Program-made: the position numbers and the translations under genes
From: Alphaproteobacteria bacterium
GTDB taxonomy: Bacteria > Pseudomonadota > Alphaproteobacteria > Sphingomonadales > Emcibacteraceae
Assembly: GCA_013152755.1 (NCBI GenBank)
Contig: JAADFR010000097.1
Location: forward strand, 1,316 to 65,315
DNA length: 64,000 bases
Direction of reading: 5' to 3'
Notes under the pieces: generated by a model
The model's input: the letters and a program-made list of their open reading frames with translations, nothing else
What the model was told of the DNA's origin: nothing
Databases searched by the model: none
Part shown: positions 46,828 through 56,256 of the stretch, in pieces
Position numbering within the stretch: the first letter of the stretch is position 1
Layout: the number at the start of each line of letters is the position of its first letter

Positions 46828-48219
46828 ATGTCTAGTGAAGTCGTTGATACCCTCATAAATGGTGCAAAAATCATCACAATGGATGAAAAACGCCGTATAT
46901 ATATGGATGGTTCCATCGCCATCAAGGGCGATCAAATTGCCGGCATAGGCAAGCGGGTGGATATTGAAAAGAAATATACCGCCACAAACAATATTGACGG
47001 CAGACGTTTTGTCATAACGCCAGGTTTTATCAATGGCCATATTCATATTACCGGTGATCCGCTGACACGGAATTATGTACCTGATGATATATATTGCTCG
47101 CCTCAGGAAAAACTGACCAAATGGGTTATGCCACGTTATTTTGCCCATTCTGCAGAAGAGGAAAGAGTTTCCGCACAACTCGCCGCACTGGAAATGTTAA
47201 AGGCGGGCACTACATGTTTTTTAGAAGCGGGGACTATTCGCCATCTTGATAGCGTGGTGGAGGGGCTGAACGAAACGGGTATTCGGGGGCGCGTGGGTTC
47301 ATGGGTGACAGGCCGGGCTATGAATCCTGATGAGGATCAGAATCAATTGAATGAAGAGGGTATTCGCACACTGGAAAATGAAGTCAAACGCTATCCCGCC
47401 CGCAAGGGAAATCTCATATCCGCCTGGCCCATTCTTATCGGCCATTCAACCAATTCAGACGAAATATGGCAGGCAGCCAAAACCATAGCTGATCATAACG
47501 GGCTGGGCATTTCAGCTCATATGAGCCCCTATCAAGAGGATCCTGACTGGTTTTTGAAAGAATATGGTCGACGCCCCATTGAACATCTGGAGAGCATTGG
47601 GGTCCTTGGGGATAATGTATCGCTCACACATGTTGCCCATATTGATGAAAATGAGCTGAATATTCTAGCCAGAACCGGAACCAATGTTATTTTCTGCCCG
47701 CTTCCAGCTTTAAAAGGCGCCTTTGGCGTAACCTCGGTCGGGCGGTATCCTGAAATGACACGGGCCGGAATAAATATGTTGCTGGGCACGGATGGTTATG
47801 ACATCGACATCCTTCATTCCGCACGAATTGTTGCCTCCCTCTTTAAAGATATACATCAGGATGTCAGACATTATCCGGTCCATGAAACCCTGACCATGCT
47901 GACATGCAACGGGGCAAAGGCAATGGGCATGCAGGATCAGATTGGCTCCCTCGAAGTTGGTAAAAAAGCTGATTTTTCCTGCCATGACACGGATCGGTCG
48001 GAATGGCGGCCTATACTCAGTTTGGTCAGTCAACTTATCTGGTCCGCTGACGGCAGGGGAATTCACAGTGTTTGGGTGGATGGCATCCGGGTGATTGATA
48101 ATTATCGCTCAACCATGATTGACGAAAAAGAATTGATGGGCAGGGTTCAGGAATGCGGTGAATCCGTGATCAGAAAAAGCAAAATTCCATTTGTGTCACC
48201 CTGGCCTGTTATCAGATAA
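46828..48219 (+). CDS. Amidohydrolase-superfamily hydrolase (TRZ/ATZ or deaminase-like)
   Basis: ATG at 46828 after GGAG (the track starts at GTG 46816). Metal-binding motif GFINGHIHITGD, plus later HMS, THVAH and GTDG motifs typical of the subfamily. Confidence 0.85.
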   Translation: MSSEVVDTLINGAKIITMDEKRRIYMDGSIAIKGDQIAGIGKRVDIEKKYTATNNIDGRRFVITPGFINGHIHITGDPLTRNYVPDDIYCSPQEKLTKWVMPRYFAHSAEEERVSAQLAALEMLKAGTTCFLEAGTIRHLDSVVEGLNETGIRGRVGSWVTGRAMNPDEDQNQLNEEGIRTLENEVKRYPARKGNLISAWPILIGHSTNSDEIWQAAKTIADHNGLGISAHMSPYQEDPDWFLKEYGRRPIEHLESIGVLGDNVSLTHVAHIDENELNILARTGTNVIFCPLPALKGAFGVTSVGRYPEMTRAGINMLLGTDGYDIDILHSARIVASLFKDIHQDVRHYPVHETLTMLTCNGAKAMGMQDQIGSLEVGKKADFSCHDTDRSEWRPILSLVSQLIWSADGRGIHSVWVDGIRVIDNYRSTMIDEKELMGRVQECGESVIRKSKIPFVSPWPVIR

Positions 48220-48243
48220 AGCACCGGATCAAGGGTTTTCTGC

Positions 48244-48660
48244 CTACAAGCCGATACCCGCCTGTTTAAGGTAAGATAAGCCGTCCCAATAATCACTGCG
48301 GGCCTTAACAAGCCCGTCTTTGGAAGTGGAAATGATCATGACGCCCTTAATGGAAATTGGCTGTTTGCCATTGATTGCCGCCATATGATAGGCAATCACA
48401 ACCTTGTTATTTTCAACGATCACCTCTTCCGCCGTATAGGTGATATCCTGAAAAGCAGACAGATAGCCCGCCAGCCTCTCCCGATAAAGATCACGGCCAG
48501 AAAAGGTCATGCCAAGCACGCCCATCTGGTTATTTTGAAAATCCTCCGAAACATGCGCGGCCACTGCCGCCGGATCACCGGAGGAGAAAGAGTCAAGATA
48601 CGCTAAAGCAACCTCACGCGGAATCAGTTGTGCCTCCCCATATTTTTCTTGCCTCTTCAT
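48244..48660 (-). CDS. SnoaL-like / NTF2-fold protein (ester cyclase-like)
   Basis: AYLDSFSSGDPAAVAAHVSEDFQNN resembles SnoaL-like domains. The first plausible ATG is at 48660, which overlaps the upstream VOC gene by 47 nt. Confidence 0.65.
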   Translation of the reverse strand: MKRQEKYGEAQLIPREVALAYLDSFSSGDPAAVAAHVSEDFQNNQMGVLGMTFSGRDLYRERLAGYLSAFQDITYTAEEVIVENNKVVIAYHMAAINGKQPISIKGVMIISTSKDGLVKARSDYWDGLSYLKQAGIGL

Positions 48661-49111
48661 ATACACCCTGATCATGTGAAAATTCAACATTATTTCCATC
48701 AGGGTCTTTCAAAAAACAGATGTAGCCTATGGGCGGCGGCATTTGCACGGGACCAAGAGCAAGGCATCCTTCCGCCTTGGCCTTTTCTGCGATCTGGTCA
48801 ATATCGTCGCGTTCCATCACTTCAATACCGATATGGGCAAAGGGGCCAAGTATGCCATGCACCGCCGGTGAAAAAGGGTCTTTGCCCTCAAAAAACTGTG
48901 CCATCACCAAAATGAAGGGGGCATCCACCTCCGTTGGATCTCCCATCCACGCCCCGTAGCCGCTGTCATCCTCGTTTTTTGTCATCAATTCTAAATGGGT
49001 ATGCGCCGCATACCACTCAATTGAAGCATCAATATCCTTAACAATAAGGGCAAGATGGGTCCATCTCTGCTTTGGTGGATGAATTTTATAATGTGTTTTT
49101 GTCTCTGACAC
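48614..49111 (-). CDS. VOC (glyoxalase/bleomycin-resistance/dioxygenase) family protein
   Basis: WTHLALIVKDIDASIEWY... and HIGIEV...FLKDPDGNNVEF are paired beta-alpha-beta-beta-beta module signatures. Confidence 0.75.
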   Translation of the reverse strand: MSETKTHYKIHPPKQRWTHLALIVKDIDASIEWYAAHTHLELMTKNEDDSGYGAWMGDPTEVDAPFILVMAQFFEGKDPFSPAVHGILGPFAHIGIEVMERDDIDQIAEKAKAEGCLALGPVQMPPPIGYICFLKDPDGNNVEFSHDQGVYEEARKIWGGTTDSA

Positions 49112-49142
49112 GAATATATCTCCCTATATTGACTAACAACTA

Positions 49143-49156
49143 ATTAAACGTTTAAT
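49143..49156. promoter_or_regulatory. Candidate LacI-type operator ATTAAACGTTTAAT (perfect 14-bp palindrome, upstream of the VOC/SnoaL pair)
   Basis: Perfect palindrome with a central CG, 32 nt upstream of the VOC start codon at 49111. Confidence 0.6.
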
Positions 49157-49306
49157 CAATCTACCACAAAATACCCGTAAGTTACAAGCTGTACAAAAAA
49201 AATTCGGAATATTTAGATAGATTTTTTACCCGTCTTCACGGACATGCTAACATATCAGTTGCCGGGTATTTTGAACCATTACGCACATAAACTTTTCATT
49301 TGATGA

Positions 49307-50074
49307 CTAATCCAGAATAGCCCCGAGGCGCTGGGAAACCTGTCTGGCCACATTTTTGACTGCCGTGACAAGATCAGGGTTGGGAACAGGGGCAATATGC
49401 TGAATGGAGCCGACAATGGTAATTGTACCTGCCAGCAAACCGGATTTCTCAAATACAGGCGCGGCCAAAGCATTTATGCCTATCAAGGCCTCCTCCGGGG
49501 CGACGGCCCATCCCTGTTGCTGTACAAGTTTTACATCTTCCTTAAGTTTCTTAATATTGGTAACTGTTTTTTCCGTCCATTGTTTCAGGGGCTTATTGGT
49601 CACAGAGTCCCATAAGTGTTTTGGACCAAAAGCCAAAGCTACCTTCCCCTGTGCAGAAGAATGAAAATCAAATAATGTACCCGGCGGTGACGTGATTTCG
49701 ATATCGGAACGGTTTTTTAGAATATCCAGGATACGCACACCATGATCCTCAATTTGACCAATGGCTACAGTCTGATTAACCTGCTCGCGCAAACCCTCCA
49801 TAAACCGCCGTGCTTCCGACAGGAATTCAATCTGTTCTGCCACGGATTGGCCCAAATGGAACAGTTTGATCGTCAACTGATATTTATCGGTTTGGGGATC
49901 CTGCATCACATATTGATTATCCAACAATGTTCGCAAATGGCGGTAAATTCTGGGCTTTGTGGCCCCAACTGCGCGCGCAAGTTCACTCACCCCCACCGGA
50001 CCCTGGGCATCGGCCATGGTTTCCAATATTGCCAGGGAGGTCGCCACGGATTGTATGGGTACGATATCAGACAT
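49307..50074 (-). CDS. IclR-family transcriptional regulator
   Basis: N-terminal winged HTH (SLAILETMADAQGPVGVSELARAVGATKPRIYRHLRTL) and C-terminal IclR effector domain (GINALAAPVF). Confidence 0.9.
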   Translation of the reverse strand: MSDIVPIQSVATSLAILETMADAQGPVGVSELARAVGATKPRIYRHLRTLLDNQYVMQDPQTDKYQLTIKLFHLGQSVAEQIEFLSEARRFMEGLREQVNQTVAIGQIEDHGVRILDILKNRSDIEITSPPGTLFDFHSSAQGKVALAFGPKHLWDSVTNKPLKQWTEKTVTNIKKLKEDVKLVQQQGWAVAPEEALIGINALAAPVFEKSGLLAGTITIVGSIQHIAPVPNPDLVTAVKNVARQVSQRLGAILD

Positions 50075-50083
50075 GTAAAGGGC

Positions 50084-50863
50084 CTATGTTTTTAACTTAA
50101 AATCTTCGCATAATTTTTTTGCCGCATCAGACAATAACGCCTGATCGCTTGAAATAAAGAACAAACTGATGCCCTTTGCACGCATATCATCACATTGGTC
50201 CGATGAAGGCAGGTAAATCGCCGTTGTCTGTCCCGCTTTTCGTGCCGCCGCACAGATTGTATCCACCGCCGCCTGCACACATGGATCATTCGCCGCATCA
50301 ACCCCGTATGAAACCGACAGGTCTGCACAGCCAATGAACAGGGCATCCATTTCTGAAACCGTCGCAATTTCAGCAATATTCTCAACCGCCGCGACATCCT
50401 CTATCTGGCCGATGACGATCATAACCTCATCGCTTTGTTGCCGATGGTTTTTTGCAGCAATCGCCCCATAACCGGCGGCCCTGTGAGAGGCGGAAAACCC
50501 CCGGCTTCCGTCCCTGTATCTGGTCACGGCAATAGCGGTTTCAGCCTCATTCATATTTCGTATATGGGGCAGGATGACCCCCGCCGCCCCCATATCAAGA
50601 GATTTCGCAATTAAGTCGGATGATATGTCCGGCACGCGCACCAACACGGGAATTTCCGCCAAATGGGCCGCCATGATACATCTGTCCAGGCTTTCAATAC
50701 CAAAGGCCGAATGTTCGGCATCTAAAACAAGGCAGTCGAATTGCGCTCCGGCCATAAGCTCAACAGCCTGCGGCGATGGTATTTTGATAAATAACCCCAG
50801 CGTAGGCTCCCCGCCCCGGATTTTTGCCTTCAGGCGCCTTTGACGTTCAATTCTTTCCATCAC
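50084..50863 (-). CDS. HpcH/HpaI-family aldolase
   Basis: GLFIKIPSPQAVELMAGAQFDCLVLDAEHS and IGQIEDVAAVENI match the HpcH/HpaI class II aldolase pattern. Confidence 0.85.
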   Translation of the reverse strand: MMERIERQRRLKAKIRGGEPTLGLFIKIPSPQAVELMAGAQFDCLVLDAEHSAFGIESLDRCIMAAHLAEIPVLVRVPDISSDLIAKSLDMGAAGVILPHIRNMNEAETAIAVTRYRDGSRGFSASHRAAGYGAIAAKNHRQQSDEVMIVIGQIEDVAAVENIAEIATVSEMDALFIGCADLSVSYGVDAANDPCVQAAVDTICAAARKAGQTTAIYLPSSDQCDDMRAKGISLFFISSDQALLSDAAKKLCEDFKLKT

Positions 50864-50869
50864 AATGCT

Positions 50870-51244
50870 TTATTCATTTTTAAATTCATTCTTCTGATAA
50901 TCAACCAAATGCCGATAATCATCGCGTATTGGGCTGAAAATATCAAGATTCATCACCGGCTCGTCACCAATCGGTTCCCCGAAATGGGGAACATTGGGGG
51001 GAATTCTGATAAGGCTACCCGGCCCTGCTTCAATTTCCTCCCCGTCAATATTAAAGCGAATACGCCCCGAAACGATGAAAACTACCTGCTCGCAAGGATG
51101 GCTATGGGGGTTGACCGCCATCCCCGGCTGTAGCCAGTTCATGACCATCAGAACATCTTTGCCGCGAAAACCGGACCGGACCACCCCGTCTCGGACCACC
51201 TCTTTTGGTAAATCATCCCAATTAAAAAGTTTCGCCTTATTCAT
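50870..51244 (-). CDS. Cupin domain protein
   Basis: The HSHPCEQVVFIVSGR...IPPNVPH spacing is the two-motif cupin signature. 124 aa. Confidence 0.8.
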   Translation of the reverse strand: MNKAKLFNWDDLPKEVVRDGVVRSGFRGKDVLMVMNWLQPGMAVNPHSHPCEQVVFIVSGRIRFNIDGEEIEAGPGSLIRIPPNVPHFGEPIGDEPVMNLDIFSPIRDDYRHLVDYQKNEFKNE

Positions 51245-51378
51245 CTTGTTACCCTTTCCAAAGTCCCTCTATAGCCGCAATTATTCAGATATATATCGGC
51301 AAGTGACATGATGTGTCTCATAAGGAAACACTATATCATTATAAGCAGGTTTTCAATGAAATTAGGCCCCCGGCAGCA

Positions 51379-52344
51379 TCATGCCTCATGCGCGGGAGGT
51401 GAATTTTTCCGGCGGTATTCGCGCGGAGACGTTCCATAGACATCCCGGAAAGACCGACTAAAATAGGCTGAACTGTTAAATCCCCATCTAAAGCATATTT
51501 CAGTAATTGATATTTGGGCAAATAGCGGGCTTACCAAATCTGCCCGGCACCGCTCCAGACGTCTGATTCTAACATAATTACTGAATGTTTTATTGGCGAG
51601 CGTGAAGAGCTTCTGTAAATACCGCAAGGAAATCCCGTGTTTTTCGGCAACATTTTTCGAGGTCAGTTCAGGATCCCCCAAGAGCGATTCTATGGTTTGA
51701 CAAATACGGTGCAGATTATCAGCGCGAATATTCGCCGCACGGCTAACGGACAGGCTGGTATTCTGTTCAACGATACAGGTTAAAAGAAGTTCGGTCAGCG
51801 CAAGCTCTAAGGGGCGCAGATCATCATCATTAATATCATCCATCACCTCTGCCAGAGACTTCAACATACCGGAAAGAACATGATTAATCCCGCTTGCCCC
51901 TGATAAATATCCAAGGCTTAACGACAATGGCGAAAGCAGACGAGGGTTAATGGCAATATGGGGAACCTTGATAAAAAGCTGGCGAAAACGGCTGGTAAAT
52001 TTAAGAGTGGCATCAACATCCGTAGGCCCGTATATTATATCACCCGGTAATAATACTATATCCTGCTCCCCACTCTTCAGACAAGCCTGCCCCTCAAGCA
52101 GCAACGTTAACCAGATAGCCTCTTCCTGTTTTGGGTATTGTCCGGATATTTCCAAAGGTTCCGCGTCAACCCGCGCAAATTCGATGCCTAACGGCGAGAC
52201 AATACAGGACACCGCCCCGTAAAAATGATCTGTCTTTGATATATTATTGATGGGCAGGCATAATCGCCGCATGGCATTAAGCCAGGCCGCCTGCTTTTCA
52301 TCTCCTAAAAACGCATCTGTTGTGAAGTTCCAGGCCTTCATCAA
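51379..52344 (-). CDS. AraC-family transcriptional regulator
   Basis: C-terminal dual HTH (LTSKNVAEKHGISLRYLQKLF ... ITEICFRWGFNSSAYFSRSFRDVYGTSPREYR). Confidence 0.88.
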   Translation of the reverse strand: MMKAWNFTTDAFLGDEKQAAWLNAMRRLCLPINNISKTDHFYGAVSCIVSPLGIEFARVDAEPLEISGQYPKQEEAIWLTLLLEGQACLKSGEQDIVLLPGDIIYGPTDVDATLKFTSRFRQLFIKVPHIAINPRLLSPLSLSLGYLSGASGINHVLSGMLKSLAEVMDDINDDDLRPLELALTELLLTCIVEQNTSLSVSRAANIRADNLHRICQTIESLLGDPELTSKNVAEKHGISLRYLQKLFTLANKTFSNYVRIRRLERCRADLVSPLFAQISITEICFRWGFNSSAYFSRSFRDVYGTSPREYRRKNSPPAHEA

Positions 52345-52429
52345 GCTGGCTTTCCCTTAAAATATATATTCTGCTGTATCATAACCCCATAGGAGAAGAA
52401 AACAAGCATAGGCAATGACCATCGATAGC

Positions 52430-53218
52430 TCAGTCGTGCAAAACAAAACTCATCATGCTTAAGGATTTATACTGAATGTGGCTGGGATCAATTGTGACCT
52501 TATCATCATCGTGACGCGCGCCTAGAACGTAGAAAAGAGGCCAATAATGATCCGTCGTAGGAATTGAAAGCGCGGCATCCTGCCCCAGAACATCTGTATC
52601 AAACAGCTTTTCGGGCTGGTCTTTGATAATACAGTCCATCACCAGATCATTAAACCGCGTCGCCCAGTCATAGGGTTTGGCGGTTTCGCTCCATTCCATA
52701 CGGGGCAGATTATGGACCACATTTCCCGACCCGATAATCAGAACCCCTTCCGACCGCAACTGGCGCAAAGCCTGCCCGGTCTTATAATGCCAATCCGTGG
52801 GTTTGGTCATATCCATACTCAATTGCACGACAGGAATATCAGCATCGGGGTAGGCTTTGGTCAGAACTGCCCATGTGCCGTGATCCAGTCCCCAGTCATG
52901 ATCGAGTACGACCGGCAATGGTGACAAAAGATCCCGCACCCTTTTGGCAAGCTGCGGATCACCGGGGGCCGGATACTGGCAATCGAACAAAGGCGCCGGC
53001 AGGCCGCGGCCAAAATCATGTATTGTTTTCGGGTTGGCCATACCCGTCACCGCTATCCCCCGCGTACACCAATGGGCCGACACACTTAATATGGCCCTGG
53101 GACGTACGATGTTGGCCGTGATTTTCGCCCATGCCCTGGTAGAGACATTGTCTTCCAACACATTTGTCGGGCTGCCATGACCAAAAAAAACCACCGGCAT
53201 TCTATCATGACTGGACAT
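52430..53218 (-). CDS. 4,5-DOPA-dioxygenase-type (YgiD/LigB class III) extradiol dioxygenase
   Basis: MPVVFFGHGSPTNVLEDN, SAHW, TIHDFGRGLP, YPDADIPVVQLS and GSGNVVHNL run collinear with E. coli YgiD as I remember it. Confidence 0.88.
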   Translation of the reverse strand: MSSHDRMPVVFFGHGSPTNVLEDNVSTRAWAKITANIVRPRAILSVSAHWCTRGIAVTGMANPKTIHDFGRGLPAPLFDCQYPAPGDPQLAKRVRDLLSPLPVVLDHDWGLDHGTWAVLTKAYPDADIPVVQLSMDMTKPTDWHYKTGQALRQLRSEGVLIIGSGNVVHNLPRMEWSETAKPYDWATRFNDLVMDCIIKDQPEKLFDTDVLGQDAALSIPTTDHYWPLFYVLGARHDDDKVTIDPSHIQYKSLSMMSFVLHD

Positions 53219-53239
53219 ATTTTCCCTTACCTAAGCTTG

Positions 53240-54484
53240 TTAACATTGAGCAACGTCATCGGTGCATTGACTTACCTGTCCTTTTGAAGCGGGCAGTTTT
53301 GCGCCATTCTCTTTCAATTTTTCCCAACATTCCTGATATCGCGGGACCAGCCAGCTATTGAGCTGTTGCTGGGCACCTTCCTGCCATGAATACCGTCCCC
53401 GGACGGCAAAGCGTGACCGCAACCCCTTCTGAACCAGCGCATCTACATGCTGATCCTGATCCATAATCTGTAGAGCAATGGCCATATTAGCCGCCAGATT
53501 ATCATCAAAAGCCGGGCTATCCATTGCCCCGGGTGCCATCAGTAATCCGGTGTCCATTTCATGGGTTTCCGGCCCATCGGCCCGCACATTGAGGAAAAAC
53601 ACCATGTCATTGGTTAACACCAAGGACAATGTGGGCGGAATATTGGCAAACAGCACCTGATTCCGGTCGCCTTCCGTCAGATTAGGAAATAAGGGAAACA
53701 ACGCCTTTTGGCTGGCATTAAAACTGGCATCCTTGTGAAGTGTGCCATTAATACGGGCATAACCGGCGGTATCCATCGGCATTTCCGGGAAGGAACATAA
53801 TTCACTGGGAATAAAATCGTGGAAAGGCCCCCCGTGAAGACGGCTTGCATGATAGCCGTCATTGTTATTTTCAAACATCACCTTCCAGTTCCAGTCGAAT
53901 TTAGCCGCTTCATCCGGCAAGGGGCCAACGGCACTGCTCAGGTCATATGGTTCAAGTATTTTGGCCACCTCCACAAGTCTTGGTGCCAGCGGAGCGGCGG
54001 CTTCATCAAAATTAATAAAGACAAAACCCAGCCATACTTCCACTTTGAATGTGGGCAATTGGATATCTGCCTTGTCAAAGTTACATGTTTTTTCCATGGC
54101 CGGGCCATTTAACAGCGCCCCATCCAGCGAATAGGTCCAGTGATGATACGGACACATAAAAGCCCGGGCATTGCCTCTGTTTTCCGCAACCAGCATCGCC
54201 CGGTGCTGGCACACAGAAGACATTGCCTTCAATTCGCCCTCGCGGTTACGAACCACTATTATCGGCTCGCCAATGATGGATGTCGTGAAATAATCGCCCG
54301 CCTCCATGGCCCAGGATTCGCGCCCTACACATAGCCATTCATGATTAAAAACGGCTTCTTTTTCAAATTCATAGAAATCAGCATCCGTATAACATTCCGG
54401 CGGCAGGGTTTCACTTTCTTCTACCGGCAATACCGAACTGTCAAGGCCTCTAAAAAAATCATCATTCAGAACAGTTTTTTTCAT
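53240..54484 (-). CDS. Rieske [2Fe-2S] ring-hydroxylating oxygenase, alpha subunit
   Basis: Rieske motif CQHRAMLV...CPYHHWTY and a C-terminal catalytic domain with NNNDGYH. There is no adjacent beta-subunit, ferredoxin or reductase gene. Confidence 0.9.
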   Translation of the reverse strand: MKKTVLNDDFFRGLDSSVLPVEESETLPPECYTDADFYEFEKEAVFNHEWLCVGRESWAMEAGDYFTTSIIGEPIIVVRNREGELKAMSSVCQHRAMLVAENRGNARAFMCPYHHWTYSLDGALLNGPAMEKTCNFDKADIQLPTFKVEVWLGFVFINFDEAAAPLAPRLVEVAKILEPYDLSSAVGPLPDEAAKFDWNWKVMFENNNDGYHASRLHGGPFHDFIPSELCSFPEMPMDTAGYARINGTLHKDASFNASQKALFPLFPNLTEGDRNQVLFANIPPTLSLVLTNDMVFFLNVRADGPETHEMDTGLLMAPGAMDSPAFDDNLAANMAIALQIMDQDQHVDALVQKGLRSRFAVRGRYSWQEGAQQQLNSWLVPRYQECWEKLKENGAKLPASKGQVSQCTDDVAQC

Positions 54485-54519
54485 GACATACCCTTTCTTT
54501 CTAGCTCAATTTAGTGGAC

Positions 54520-54531
54520 ATAAACGTTTAA
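54520..54531. promoter_or_regulatory. Candidate LacI-type operator ATAAACGTTTAA (upstream of the Rieske oxygenase gene)
   Basis: Perfect 10-bp core TAAACGTTTA, 36 nt upstream of the Rieske start (54484), in the divergent Rieske/TauD region. Confidence 0.55.
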
Positions 54532-54791
54532 CTAATAAACACATTATGTCAACCCTGCCTCATTTTCTTGCACAGAGGCGCACACAGACTTGGCTAATTG
54601 CTTTGCGCTACAGTATATAGAGTTCTTAAATCTATTAAAAATACTATTTAAAAACAGAAAATTCAAATGAAAGCAATCCCCCCTGCAATTCTGCGGGCGC
54701 ATCAGTGCAAGACGATACCTTTATATACCCTTATTTTATCCTCATTCAAAAATTTATATTATAATGATAACAACAATGATCAGGAGTGAAT

Positions 54792-55646
54792 ATGAGCAAT
54801 CAGGTTCAACTGGATATTAAGGAACTAAAACCGGGTTTCGGTGCTGAGGTTACCAATGTAGATATTACTTCGGCTGATGATGATACACGCACAAAGTTAG
54901 TTGAAACGTTTCATAAACATGGGGCATTATTGTTGCGCGATCAGAATTTAACCCCACGGCAGTTGTTGGATTATCTTGGGCTATTTGGTGAACCGGAGGG
55001 CCATACGCTGCAACAATATACCCTGCCCGACTATCCCAATATTTACCTGCTGTCCAACAAGCAGGAAAATGGTCGCCAGATCGGGGCGCATAATGACGGC
55101 GTAGGCTGGCACACGGACTATTCCTATAAAGAATTTCCTGTACAAAACACCATGCTTTATGCGGTTGAAGTGCCGCCCGAAGGCAGCGATACCATTATCG
55201 CTGACTGTTGCGCGGCCTATAACGCCCTGACGACCGACCGCAAAGAACAACTTGATAAATTGATCCTGCATCACAGCTATAAATATTTCATGGAGAACAG
55301 GGAATATGGCCGGATGAAGCTGTCAAAGGAGCTTGAAGCGGAAAATCCCGATGTTTTCCATCCTCTGATCCGTACCCACCCGGCAGACGGACGCAAGGCA
55401 TTATGGATAAGCACAGGAACGGTCAAGGAAATTGTCGGAATGGATAATCCGGAAGGTCTGGACCTCATTGATGAATTGGTTGATTTTGTCACCCAGGACC
55501 AGTTTACCTACCGTCATAAATGGCGCGTCGGAGATGTGTTGACATGGGACAATCGCTGCACCTTGCATACGGGAACCATCTATGATGATAAGAAATATGA
55601 CCGCCTGATGTACCGCATGTGGATTAAAGGCGACAAGCCATTTTAA
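54792..55646 (+). CDS. TauD/TfdA-family Fe(II)/2-oxoglutarate dioxygenase
   Basis: ATG at 54792 after AGGAG. HxD motif in GWHTDYSY, a distal H in TLHTG, and WDNRCTLH, typical of the family. Confidence 0.88.
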   Translation: MSNQVQLDIKELKPGFGAEVTNVDITSADDDTRTKLVETFHKHGALLLRDQNLTPRQLLDYLGLFGEPEGHTLQQYTLPDYPNIYLLSNKQENGRQIGAHNDGVGWHTDYSYKEFPVQNTMLYAVEVPPEGSDTIIADCCAAYNALTTDRKEQLDKLILHHSYKYFMENREYGRMKLSKELEAENPDVFHPLIRTHPADGRKALWISTGTVKEIVGMDNPEGLDLIDELVDFVTQDQFTYRHKWRVGDVLTWDNRCTLHTGTIYDDKKYDRLMYRMWIKGDKPF

Positions 55647-55675
55647 GAAATTGAACTTCTACATTAGGCAGACAA

Positions 55676-55711
55676 AAGCCCCGCTTGAAATATATATTCA
55701 GCGGGGCTTTC
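55676..55711. terminator. Bidirectional hairpin terminator between the convergent TauD and VOC genes
   Basis: AAAGCCCCGCT-TGAAATATATATTC-AGCGGGGCTTT, a perfect 11-bp GC-rich stem flanked by A and T runs on both sides. Confidence 0.7.
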
Positions 55712-55716
55712 GCATG

Positions 55717-56208
55717 CTATTCGCGGGTATAGTTATCAGGCACCTGCGGGTCATCACCGCCTTTGGTCCAGAGTATAATTTCATTTCCCCACGGGTCACA
55801 AAAAGCATCATTAAAGCCGTTAAATTCAGCCCAGAAATGACGGCGCCAAAGGGTTTTCGCCCCGCGTTCCACCGCCGCATCAATAATACGGTCCGCAGAA
55901 TCATCGTCGCTAACCATAATCCAGATTCTGGCTTTTCGGCCATCCTTACTCAACTCACGGGGCGCGACACCCTCAAGGTCAGGATTGGGGCGCGCATTTT
56001 TCGCATCAAAAATACCCAGATGCAGGTTGCCGACTTCGCTCTGTGATTTATCTGAATTAAGAAAATTCTGGCCGGGCACCATGCGATGGTATACCCCGTC
56101 CGGGCGGGGATCATCCTCCCAGCCAAAAACCTCCGCATAGAACTTCCCGGCAGCCGATGGATCATCCGAGGCTAGGTCGACGAAAATTAAGGTATTTGGA
56201 TATGACAT
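55717..56208 (-). CDS. VOC (glyoxalase) family protein
   Basis: IFVDLASDDPSAAGKFYAEVFGWE and CDPWGNEIILW are VOC module signatures. Confidence 0.7.
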   Translation of the reverse strand: MSYPNTLIFVDLASDDPSAAGKFYAEVFGWEDDPRPDGVYHRMVPGQNFLNSDKSQSEVGNLHLGIFDAKNARPNPDLEGVAPRELSKDGRKARIWIMVSDDDSADRIIDAAVERGAKTLWRRHFWAEFNGFNDAFCDPWGNEIILWTKGGDDPQVPDNYTRE

Positions 56209-56256
56209 TGGTTATTCTCCTGCTTGTCATTTTTTCTATTGTTGATTATTCATAGA

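Noticed and set aside
48614-48660. A 47-nt overlap between the VOC gene 3' end and the SnoaL-like gene 5' end
   Set aside because: This probably reflects start-codon uncertainty, since there is no other ATG and a non-canonical start is possible. It may also be a genuine overlap. I see no frameshift signal or other feature that makes it notable.
54667-54789. A 40-codon ORF (MKAIPPAILRAHQC...) ending at the TauD start region
   Set aside because: There is no SD-like sequence upstream and the tail is AT-rich and low-complexity (NLYYNDNNND). It is less convincing than the three short ORFs reported.
54902-54913. Further sequences related to the operator-like palindrome: TGAAACGTTTCA inside the TauD coding region, ATAAACGATTGA at 36086-36097, AAGAACGCTTAA at 59924-59935 and TTTAACGTCC at 60059-60068
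   Set aside because: The first is intragenic and differs at the outer positions. The others have three or more mismatches or only one half-site. I did not count any of them as sites, but they should be scored once a proper weight matrix exists.
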